DNA of 63,764 bases, counting the filler, from Neolecta irregularis DAH-3 (lineage: Eukaryota): NCBI GenBank assembly GCA_001929475.1. It is 6 parts of 6 records of this genome, joined end to end, with 100 filler letters (N's around TTAATTAATTAA, not from the genome) between each part and the next. Parts side by side here need not be neighbours in the genome. Positions count along the whole stretch, not along the records: positions 17,889 to 43,956 come from LXFE01000288.1; 5 more parts are not named here. One strand, 5' to 3'. Of this stretch, positions 21,314 through 32,072 are shown one piece after another. The first letter of the stretch is position 1. Each line of letters starts with the position of its first letter. The translations under genes were made by a program, and so were the position numbers. The notes under the pieces were generated by a model. That model made no database searches. It had not been told where the DNA came from and was given only the letters and a program-made list of their open reading frames with translations.

Positions 21314-23600
21314 TTAGTCACACGAAGACATCTTTTGGTAAAATTCCTTCACTTTTGGATCAACACAAACCATATCATCTCGAAATCCTTTAATTTCCAG
21401 TCCATCTTCACTTTTCACTCGAGAAAGCCCAACGTAGATTAGACCTGCCGCGTTTCTCCAAGTTTGATCAAAATCAACCTTGAGACAATCCAATGTCATA
21501 CCCTGTGCTGTCGTTGTCAACACAAAACAATAAGAAGAGTACATTTATGCGTTGTCAATGCCCATGCTAGAGATAACGGCATTTGAATGACTAAAACTTG
21601 AAGCTGTGAGGAGACTTGCATGGTCCATATATTCGGTAAGACGACCATCTAGAAAAAGTCTAGATGATGAAAAGCAAGAGATGTGATACCTGTTGACCGT
21701 TTCGAAACAAAACTATAGGGACATATCTGATATCATTCTCGGACAAATAATTCGCAATCCTCTTTTGATCTTCCTTTTTCAGACCTTGCAAGTGCAGAAT
21801 ACTCCATTCTTCAAATCCACTATCCAGTCAATACAATTAGAGAGGAAAAGTGGCACATGACAACTCCTCTTGAGCCGTTAACCAGGTCTTTTGTCTTATT
21901 TGTAAGAAGAACAACCTGTGAATCCTCTTTCAGTTGAACCTCTTTTTCAATCCCACAGGATTTCTCAACGTATTTTTTATATGCGGTTTGTTGATTTGCT
22001 TTACATTGTCAGCTCTCAATATTTTGAGATACATACCATACACGATTGCATTAATATCGTACTGAAACTCTGTCGAACGATTGAATGTGTGGCATTCCCC
22101 GGGAAGTAGATTAAATTCGTAGAAATTGTGGTTGCTAACCTTTTCGCGGGTTGGATATAGGTGTGTTACCTGATATTTAGTTAATTGATGACCGGAGTAA
22201 AGGATACTGCAATAGAACCAAATATTGATTTATCAAGCGGACGGGAACATCGGCGAAGCAAATTCGTTACCTGTGGAGTGATTTCTCCATATCGAATTGA
22301 ATTAAGGACATTCTGAAAGGCTCCTGATTCCTGACGAAAGTTCTGATAACATGAGAAGAAACTTGTCTAAGAAAATCACCGTTACGAGGTCAAACATCTT
22401 GAAATTTCCTTTAGCCCAAGCCGAAGAATTAAACGCGTAGCTAGATCTGTGAAAAGGGTAGATAAGCTCCCAACAGGAATCGGCAATAAAATCTTCGGTC
22501 TGGTTGTCCGAAACAACAGGACCTGACAGTCCTAATTCATTAGCCAGATAATTAAACAGTTCGTACCGCAGTCTGGACAAGTCGACTTTGTGATCTAACA
22601 TTTATCATTTTTTATTCGCCAGCAAAAAGGACATACGACTGGAGCAAGTTGGAAGAAATCTCCACTTACAATCATTTGAATACCACCTGAAATGTCGATG
22701 ACAGCCATCAAAGACAAACATACCAAACGGTTCATCTCTTCGCCTGACTGCTCGGAAAATATAATCAATGCAGTTGAAGAGAGTATCGCTGATCATGCTA
22801 ATCTCATCCAATATCAAACAATCCAACTTTCTCAACATGGTCTTTTTTTCTCTCTTCATAGAGTGCAGAATATTCTCAAACGTGTCGTTCGCAAAACCGA
22901 TTCCAATTGCTGAATGTAGCGTTACTCCACCAATGTGTAATGCTGAAATTCCAGTCGAGGCAGCGATTAGATGATTTTTATTCATCGTTTGAAGATAGCG
23001 GATAACTTCTTTTAACAAGAAAGATTTTCCGGTTCCTGCTGCACCTGTAAAAAAGATATTATGCCCTGTGATAAGATGTTTGAGAGCATGGGCTTGTTCG
23101 TGAGACAGGCCACTCGGTATAGAGTATTCAGGAACGGCCTCATTGTAGGCATTGGTGGTCTCTGCCTCGTTGGGGGCATTGATGGTCGCTGCCTCTAGCA
23201 TCTGAGAGCGGTACGATTTGATCGGTGCTGAGCAAAGTCTCAAAGATTTTGTCGGAGACCTGCCTGCGCTCCGTCTGGTCGTACTGACTTGTTCAAGCCC
23301 TTTTCCATGATCATCCAGAGATGATGCTTGTCTATTTGTCGAGAGGTTCTGGCTCCATTTCCCTCCAGCTCTGTGAATTACATTCTTGGATAATTCGCTT
23401 GAAGGTTAAAGATATTCAAAGTCAACAGTAGCAGGGCACCAAGCTGTAGAAAATCCCTTTCGTCCAATGATCGCATTGTATGACGTTTTTCTCACTTCAC
23501 TACTTGGTCTCACATATCGAAACCGATAAATTACTTCACGACTGCGGACAGTCTTCCTAGTACGGAGATACGAGCGAAACACAGCGGATTGCCAGTTACT
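21314..23600 (-). CDS. Pif1-family 5'-3' DNA helicase paralog 1 (multi-exon; start uncertain)
   Basis: GAAGTGKS, ASTGISALHIGGVTLHS, LILDEISMIS, GGIQMIVSGDFFQLAPV, YAF, LVNGSRGVV, QMPLSLAWALTTHK|AQGMTLD and GLIYVGLSRVK. Confidence 0.9.
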
Positions 23601-24163
23601 GGCAAGTATTTAGATCTAGCTGATTTGACAAGAATTCTTTGTTTGGTTTTCGTTCTCGGGGTCGAAATGTGGTTAGATGGAAAAAATGTCCCTCCTTCAA
23701 TCAGCGATAATCTAATTTCCCTATTCTCTGTCAAATTACAAAATTAAACTACGAGAATCTCAATTATCCATATCCTCAAGTCACATTAATCAATTAATCA
23801 TGGACACATCATTTTCATCCACTCAAGAATTATGAGAAATGTCGACAGGTTAGGAATTATTCCAAGTGGCACAGAAACTGTCAAAAAGCATAAAAGAATC
23901 GGTCCACATTAGAAGAGTATTTTGGATATTTGTACGATTCGTTTATTTTCCGGCATAGCCACGCCGGGATTTGAGAAAGATTAGTACATTAAAATCTTAC
24001 ATCTGAGCAATGAAATATATATCTCTGCTATTCTTGCTTTCAATGAAGAGCAATGCACCCGACTGATTCAGCGTGAACTTTCTAGCTTCACAGGTGGCGA
24101 GACTTTGTCAAAGGTAATGCCTTATCCAGCCCACAATAAAATGAAATCTGCGTTTTACATACT

Positions 24164-24468
24164 TGTCAGCACACGACCTGGGGTTGGGTACTGATGTGGA
24201 CTTGGATTGGATATGCCGACGTAGATACTGTATATTGAATATTAGGTGAAAGCCTAGCCAGCTACTGGGCATTATATACAAATTCGCCATATGGGCTGCT
24301 GCAGTCATCTGCCTCCCTGCCTTCCTGTTGCCTTGCAGGGTGGCGATGCCTTTGACCGGCCCGACTGGGATGAGCTGCGGCCCTTGCTGCTCTCTGTGCT
24401 CCTTCCGATGATTGGGCGGTGGCAAGCTGGTGGGAGTTGCGACGATGGGGTAAAGTTGTGTCCCCACA
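24164..24468 (+). mobile_element. Repeat family B copy 2, probable solo LTR (TGT...ACA)
   Basis: Begins TGTCAGCACAC and ends GTGTCCCCACA; the core is homologous to 20330-20525. The TSD is imperfect (ATACT/ATATG). Confidence 0.6.
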
Positions 24469-24482
24469 ATATGTATTATATA

Positions 24483-24672
24483 TGTAAGGATATACCCAGT
24501 CGGTATACCTTACAAATACAGTAATCAGGCGTTGTAGGAATAAGTAGCGGAGTTTATAGTTATACCTAGCCTAAGTTACAATACTTAGGCTAGGTGTCCC
24601 TCTACGGAGTTACAACACTTAGGCTAGAAATATATCCTGGTATTATTTGTAACTTCTGGCGTTAAGCTTACA
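24483..24672 (-). mobile_element. 190-bp solo LTR (family A) with a 5-bp TSD and internal hairpin
   Basis: TGTAAG...CTTACA termini flanked by ATATA on both sides (24478-24482, 24673-24677). Perfect 13-bp stem ACCTAGCCTAAGT/ACTTAGGCTAGGT at 24564-24595. Confidence 0.82.
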
Positions 24673-24870
24673 ATATATCTGCTCTAGTATCGCATATGGT
24701 ATATTGGTAGAAAGCAGTACTGTATTCATGTCTAACAGTCTAGGTGGGAATAGCTAGAGGAAACAACTCGACCAAAAAGGCTAGCAAGAAGCTGCTCTGG
24801 CCCCGTAGTGTTGCATCAACACAAATGCGAACCTTGTCAAGCTGCTTTCTCTTTGATTGGACGATGGATC

Positions 24871-25024
24871 TGTAAGTTTTGATACTCCGAAGTACAAATA
24901 AGACCAGGATTATAGTACTTGCCTAAGTGTTGTATCTTAGGCTAGGTATTCTAGTTACATCATGTTTATATCCGGCCATAAAGACCGCAATATTTGCCGT
25001 GTACCTGAAGGGTACATTCTTACA
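24871..25024 (+). mobile_element. Solo LTR family A copy
   Basis: TGTAAG...CTTACA termini; TACAAATAAGACCAGG and GCCTAAG...CTTAGGCTAGGTA core. TSD degenerate. Confidence 0.72.
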
Positions 25025-25170
25025 GATTTTTCCTGGACTGATCGCAATAGAGCATGTCAAGCAAGGATACTTGATGCACTAAAAAGTGAAACGCCAAATA
25101 GCCTGGGGTAGTGTCAACTGGCTTTCCCATTCTTAAAGCACTAAGAGACATTTATCACCTACACTTGAAG

Positions 25171-26253
25171 ATGATCAGGATGTTTCTCCATCCGTCCCGA
25201 GTACTCCCGGTTCTAATCCTTCTTGCGCTGGTCTGGAGTTGCAGCATGTTAATCCGGATATCATCGCGGTCTGGTCTGCCCCTGGCCCTCACATATCCCC
25301 CTGCTTCAAGGCCACGGTTCCACCTCTTGATTCCAATAAGTAGCCCTAATCTCGCCTTCTGTCGTTGTCTGAAGACCGCCTTAATAAATGGCTACTCGCC
25401 CGTGCTCATAAACTGGATGCAAGACTCTGGAAGCGAGATAAAAAACAAGTTGGCAAAGATCACCGGTGTGGGAAACTACATTTCGAAACACATTGAAAAC
25501 GATTCCGATCTCATATTGACAACGGACGGGTTCGATGTGTGGTTTCAGCAATCTTTCGAGGTGGTCATCGAATACTATTACAGTAAACCAGATCGTCAAA
25601 TTGTCTTTGGAAGCGATAAATTATGCTATCCGTATATCGAAGGTCCGATGTGCGATGAAGTCCCCAAAAGTCCAATGCCCTCAGACGTCTATGGTTCAAA
25701 TCTAGACACGGATCACATTTATACGCGCCCAAGATGGCTCAATGCCGGTGTCATTCTCGGAACGCGAAAGTACTTGAACCCGTTGTATCAAGAGGCGTTG
25801 AGGAAAAAGATTGACATGGAGAAGGCTGATCAGAAGGTATTTACGGAATTATATCATTCTGGAAAATGGGGGATCAACTTGGATTTCTGGAGTGAACTGA
25901 CATTTTCCCTTGGATGGTCTGTACACGAGGCTGTGCAGATGCCAGATTATTATTATTCCGTACGAAGCGAAGATGTTGTCTTGGGTCGTTTAAAGATTCC
26001 TCGCCGTCCACTGGTCTGGAGTTTGCTTACCGGGACTTGCCCGCCAATAGTTCATTTCCCCGGAGACTCCAGAGAAAAGTTCTATACCATGTGGTACCCA
26101 AGCTGGGTTGGTAAGTTTGATAAAAAGATTACTGAACAGATTGCACAACAAAAGATTTCCACTGATGACGGAAAGTTTGTGACTTTTGAGTCGATTTGTG
26201 GACAGATTGAAAGGGACACTTGGGCTGCGGACCAATTGCGCGATTCTTCCTGA
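25171..26253 (+). CDS. Intronless type II membrane glycosyltransferase-like protein (PLOD-GT-like)
   Basis: N-terminal TM anchor; TDGFDVWFQ (DxxD), IVFGSDKLCYP, RWLNAGVILG, ADQKVF, LDFWSELT and PPIVHFPG. Confidence 0.75.
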   Translation: MIRMFLHPSRVLPVLILLALVWSCSMLIRISSRSGLPLALTYPPASRPRFHLLIPISSPNLAFCRCLKTALINGYSPVLINWMQDSGSEIKNKLAKITGVGNYISKHIENDSDLILTTDGFDVWFQQSFEVVIEYYYSKPDRQIVFGSDKLCYPYIEGPMCDEVPKSPMPSDVYGSNLDTDHIYTRPRWLNAGVILGTRKYLNPLYQEALRKKIDMEKADQKVFTELYHSGKWGINLDFWSELTFSLGWSVHEAVQMPDYYYSVRSEDVVLGRLKIPRRPLVWSLLTGTCPPIVHFPGDSREKFYTMWYPSWVGKFDKKITEQIAQQKISTDDGKFVTFESICGQIERDTWAADQLRDSS

Positions 26254-27002
26254 ACGACGCGGACTCATAGCATTGAATGCTACACAAGGGGGTCAACGGG
26301 AACTCTTTTACTTTATGGCAACGATCCTATCTCGAATTCAATGATATGTCTCAACCCTTGGCTTCCTGAAAATTTAACCATGACTGGGTGGGTATTATTG
26401 TGGTCGCTAGTAGCCATTTTAGTAGATAATTGTGATGTGCTGCATGGCTCTGCAGGTAGATTCCCGTTGGTGATTTCTCTCCCAGGGTTCATACCCTGGT
26501 CGCAGTAGCGTAGGCTTCGCTCGCACAGCTCCTGTTGTCCGGTGGGTTACCACGAGGGTCAAATTCCACTGAGAAACGTAAGCAAATAGTAAATATGAGT
26601 GGATAAGTTTGGTAGAATTTATTCTAGAAGTCGAAATGGTGGAAATCTGACAGTCTTAAAAAATAACCAAAGGTCTTTGGTGATTAATATCCCTCCAAAA
26701 GACAACAATCATTGGTCTACCGGTACGACAATTTCGGTTCAATTTGTAAATTTGATCATCCTCTGCAGATAGTGTCATCTGAAATACCAGCTGATTAGCG
26801 CACAATCATCAAGACGCCAACATGGCGTGTCGAGTCGTGAAAGTCTTCTTGAGCATCTATTTACAAGTTTTAAGAACCAAATTTTCAACCACTTGCCACT
26901 CCTGAAACTGACAGGCTAAGAAAACATCCTAGAGCAGTCGATCCTAGAGCAGTAGAGGCTTCATTGACCGTACCTTGAGGCTTGAATTTTGGGCATTTCT
27001 TT

Positions 27003-29336
27003 ATGACGAAAGGCCGGAAGAAAACCCATTATGTGGTCATCGGTGGACCAAACGAGGGCATATTCACCGACTGGTATGAAACTTTGGCATTCTTAAAGTG
27101 ACGATCAAGGCCCTCTTGCAAGAAAGCATATGAAGGATTTGTAGGGGCGAGAAATAAGGGGTTCTTCTCGGAATGGGAAGCCAGAGCATTTCTGAGCGAA
27201 CACGGAAGAAAATTCACAGACATCCATGCACCGAATTCGAAAAAGCGGAAGATAGAAGAGCCGCCATCTTGCAACCCTGATGAAAACAGCCTGGGACGCA
27301 GAGACCCTTATTGTCCTTCGAAAATTACCGCCGTGCCGCCAGAAAAAGACATCTCACCAATAATCTCACCTTATTTCTCGCCCTTCCCGAGGGAAACGCC
27401 TAAGAAAGAGCATTCAGAAGGATCAAGCATCACTACTCTCCGACCATCTTATTCACCATCCCAGAAAATACTCATGAAAACCGACCTTTCCGGCTCCGAC
27501 TCTGACCGCTCTAAGATAGAGTTTGATCCTTTGCCAGCTTGTTCTCCTGAGCAACTCGATGCTCTCAGTTACGTTGTTTCAGGTCATAACACTTTCATTA
27601 CAGGACCGGCTGGCACCGGAAAATCCTTCCTTCTTGAAGAAATCCAACGTTATTTTCAAATATGTCACAGGCAATTTTTGAGCATGGCCTCAACAGGAAT
27701 TGCCGCATTACAGATTGGCGGAAGTACTCTTCATTCTGCTATGAGAATCGGAACTGTAGAGGAAGGGTTTGAATATACTTTGAAAAGAATAGGGAAAGAT
27801 AAGCGGAAAGAGATCAAGAACCTAGATTGTTTGATTTTGGACGAGGTTAGCATGATCAGCGAAATGGTACTGAATTGCGTCGATTTTGTGTTGAAGAGCA
27901 TTCGAAAGAGCGCAAAACCTTTCGGTACATCTCTTTCAGTCCTGGCTGTAATGATATTAGGTGGAATACAAATGGTTGTATGCGGCGACTTCTTCCAGTT
28001 AGGACCTGTGGTATATATGATTTGCATCTTAATTTCTAAACAAATCAGTCAAAGAGAGCTTATTGTCCAAACTGTGGTATTATGAATTGGACATCACCAG
28101 GTGAAGGAATACTAACATATAGGAATGTCTGGGCCTATACAATGTAGTCCCCATTCCAATATAACTTGCATCAACTCGAGTTGCCGGACGGAATATCCTT
28201 CGATAGCCAGATATGCGTTTGAGGCTACCTCGTGGAGCCAATGCAATTTCAAAGTAATTCAGTTGAAAAAGGTTGCGAAATATTCGAATATAGTTCACCA
28301 TTAAGGTTTTTCGTCAAAATTCGGATGTCTTCGCTGATTACTTGAATCACATTCGCCTTGGAAAAGTAACATCGGATGTTTTAGCCTTGATAAGCCGATG
28401 TTCAAGGCCACTTGATACTTCAAAATTAAATGATATTGAAGTATAACCTAACCAGACGCTCACTAAAATCATAGCCAACTCGGCTTTTTCCCACTCGCGA
28501 CAAAGCTGCACAGTACAACTACTCTCATTTCGAAAATTTGATGGGGAAATCATATGTGTACCACATAAAAACAGACTTTCAATATAAAAATAACGACGTG
28601 CCTATAATACGTGTGGAATTTAGTTATCTCTTCACTGACTCTAAATAGGAGAGAAGGTTACTGCGTATCATAAATATGTCGAAAACACCTGCGCCGTAGA
28701 ACGTTGTGTTCAGCTGAAAAAGGAGGCACAGGTTGTTCTCGTTGCCAATATATCAAAAGATCTCGTTAATGGATCGAGGGGCATTGTGATGCATGATTTC
28801 CCGTCATTTCAAATCTTACAAGCGCAGAAGTTTCATAAAATGGGGAGAGGAAATGCTTGACATATGTCGAAAAGACGCTAAAACGCAAATCCGAAACTTT
28901 CTTCTTGAGAATCAAATTAAAAAGGTGCCAAAAGTTCGGTTTGCAGATGGTAGAGAAGTATGCCAGATTTTCTTTTTTGTTAATGACAATTCAGCATGTG
29001 ATTTTACCACACGTATGGAATCTCCGCGTTACCAGTAAACTTCGAGTTTACGTTTGTCAAATCCCGCTAATTCTCGCATGGGCCTTAACGACACATAAAG
29101 GTAAGCATCAATGTTGTGTTTCCTCTTTTAATGATCTTTAAGCTCAAGGAATGACACTTGATTTCTTGTGTATCGATTTCGCGGATACTTGGAAAAACGC
29201 CGCGGGATTAGTTTATGTAGCCATGTCAAGAGCGAAAAATGAGGAAGGAATGGAGATTTGTGGATTTAGGAAAGATATGGTTTGTGCAAATAAAAGAGTT
29301 GAAAAGTTTTACGAGGGTCTCGTTGGCGATGCATGA
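27003..29336 (+). CDS. Pif1-family helicase paralog 2 with an N-terminal RNase H1-type hybrid-binding domain (multi-exon)
   Basis: ATG 27003; intron 27074-27109 joins in frame to ORF 27333. N-terminus HYVVIGGPNEGIFTDW|PSCKKAYEGFVGARNKGFFSEWEARAFL. Helicase motifs GPAGTGKS, LILDEVSMIS, GDFFQLGPV, VFRQ, LVNGSRG, QIPLILAWALTTHK|AQGMTLD and GLVYVAMSRAK. Confidence 0.9.
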
Positions 29337-29855
29337 TGACGTAGAATCTCGTGCGGCATAATGATTGATTCGCTGTCTGGGTTTATTTATTTAACCTTGA
29401 TCTGGGGTAAATTTTGCATATTTTTATTCATGTCATGCTAAACATTTCTCTCTATTGTCAGCGTGTTCAATAGTCAAGACCCTCAAAACGATCCGACCTG
29501 ATTCAGAGATTGTCTTCTCGCTCTCTTTCGACTGGCTCCAGTCAGTTCTTCAAGGACAATCAAATGAGTATTCAGCCAGGTACAACAAGTTTAACTATCT
29601 GACCACCACTCAGTTCGCAGTGTTTTTCAATTTCCTTCTTTGTAAGTGCTCGTTTCTCTTTGTGAGTGCTCGTTTCGGGGAATTAATCTCATTCAGTTCG
29701 AAAACAAATATCGTCTGCAACGGAAGAAACGGAAATTGCTTTCAATAGGTCATTAATATAATTATCAATATTTGCGATTTCATAAAGCTAGAGATAAGGT
29801 TGAATACAGAAATACCAACCTATAATGAAGAAAATATACGCTTGATTTGGTTTTG

Positions 29856-30949
29856 CTACTCGATCAGGACTCCACAACAGATCGACGTGGCAATTTCTAT
29901 CATAGCTTCATTAACTTCCCGTCCACGACGAACATCCATACTAACATAAATGAAAACCCTCTTTAAGTTTTGGCGCTCAACGCTTTCAACAACCCTGGTT
30001 TCCACAGTCGTTGGCAATTCTAGCCGAAAGATACCTTCTTCACGAGCCATCTCGAGGGTTAGCTTATAGCAAGTCACTGCAATTTCGAAAAGAGAAGATA
30101 AGTCATGATCCGCGATATCAAAATAAGGAAGACAGGAAGCTATATCCAAGCAGATTTGATTGAGGGCACTATGTTGAGCTTCTGGAATATCCATAAAAAT
30201 CATGTCTGCAAATATATTAGATCGCCATTTCCAAGCTGCGTGAGCATCGGCTAAAATGATCAGTTCAGTAAGGCAGAAACGGATAAAACACATTTGCATT
30301 TCGCTTCATACATTCTTCGGAGAGGGTACGTTCCATCCCACAACTTTCCCTCTGCAAAATAATTAAAGACATGGGAAATCAATTGATCGGTGATATATCG
30401 TCGAACCACAATTTGTTGTAAGCGCGGACTAATCTGAACGTCTGTAACAGCGATACTTTTTGAGACGGTTGTGTGCATCCAAGCTGTAAATTCCTTTCGT
30501 ACAGGAATATATTTCTTCAAGGCAGTTGTTTGACCTTCTTCAGTATAGTAACGAAAAGTCCACGCGCGAATTGATTCAGTCAATTCGTTGAATGCGTCAA
30601 TGTAATGCTGGTCAGACTGTTTGTCTCCCCCATCGAGGGAAGATGGTTTTCGAGAGGCATTGCGCGTAGGAAGGGACTTTTGATCTACAAGGCCTTCAGG
30701 CGGTGATGGGTATCCTCGACGCATATTCCGAGCGCTATTTCGACGGTCTTTGACTGAGACGATTGTTCGGTTGATAGAAGAACGTGGGGATGAGTCCGAG
30801 AATTCGGGGTAACTACCTACTAGAGAGGGCGATCGGGTTGTTTTTCGGTTAATTGAAATTGTAGGTTCAGAATGGGGAGTAGGGATAGGAAAACCGCCTC
30901 CAAGTTCAATAGTTTCTCGTCGCGGGGAAAAGAGACGAAGGATTCCCAT
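29856..30949 (-). CDS. Hypothetical protein (two exons)
   Basis: 229-aa ORF from ATG, joined through a short intron (~30250-30295) to a second open frame. Ser/Pro-rich N-terminus and helical C-terminus; family not recognised. Confidence 0.7.
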
Positions 30950-32072
30950 AATGTTGACCTAGTTGGTGTTTTTAAATTATAGGGTTGCAGTATGTTTGGT
31001 CACCCCCAAATAGAAGTGTTTGACAAAACCTAGATGCGAAAAGAATTATGTATGGCCGGCTGTTTTTGGAACTAGGTAGATAAAACAGTCGATCATCGGT
31101 GATCTTTGATGCTCGTGAACCGCAGGAGGCTCAACGATTTGAAATCACTTTCGCGATCGAACGATGAGATACTCCACAACTACGATCCTATTAAAGGGTA
31201 ATTGTTGTTTTGACGGAGTATTGAATTTGCCGAGGGTGGTTTGTCATCTCGGCCCTGAGCTTGGGGCGATTTAGAGAAAAAGGGTCAATCCTGTCGTTCA
31301 CAAATTAATTGGAGGTCAAAGGTTTAGTGAATGGGCTGGAACATGCAAATCGAAATAAGCAAATGTCACAGAAACATCTCAACGACGATCACCTAGATAT
31401 GCAAGGAAAGATCTAAAATGTCTTTTGTCAGTGCAATATGAAAATAAAAGCTATCTAGCTAGGAATTCTGATACAAGGAGCAATTTGAGTTTCATAATCT
31501 TTATTTGCTGTACAACTATTTGCAATACCCAAATGTGTTGAGTATTCCTCATTTGAAAGGTTGTGTTGCATCCTATTATGCAATCGGCAATGAAATCAAG
31601 TTTGAAGTCTTTGAGAAAAGAAAAATTGCTATTTCTACCCATTCTATTTATTCATATTCTTTTAGAGCAGTCTCTAGATAAATTAATCTCTGCTGCGAAT
31701 CACAAAATTATCTTTTCGCTGGGTTTACCTGATGTAGAGCATGCCTCGCTAATTGTACCCCGCGTTAGAGCCCTTAATTGTAGTATATTTCTCAAATATA
31801 TGATCCCTATCGCTCTCAGCTGTATTTTTGTTTATGTCTTTGTAGATAGAATTTCTCCAGGTTTGTTCTTGCCTTGTGTCATTTACCAAGACTGATGTCC
31901 AACTGGCGAGAACATGTTCTTCCGTGAAACGTTCCGATATAAGAAAAATAGCCTCTTATATATTCTCATTTTGATCCGCAAGGGATCTTCGCCCTTGGGT
32001 TAAAAATCTATTCAAGGCGTCTGTGTACCTTACGTAATCTGTATAATACCGATTGACTTCCGACAACACCCG

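Noticed and set aside
26430-26575. tRNA or tRNA-derived SINE (CCAGGGTTCATACCCTGG stem-loop)
   Set aside because: The T-loop is one base short, and I could not build an acceptor stem, D arm or anticodon arm; tRNAscan-SE would decide.
21314-29336. Helitron interpretation of the Pif1 genes
   Set aside because: No HUH Rep domain or TC...CTRR termini seen; the genes are intron-rich and resemble cellular Pif1.
31451-31990. Possible small gene divergent from FHL1
   Set aside because: Short open stretches only; no convincing start, splice model or homology.
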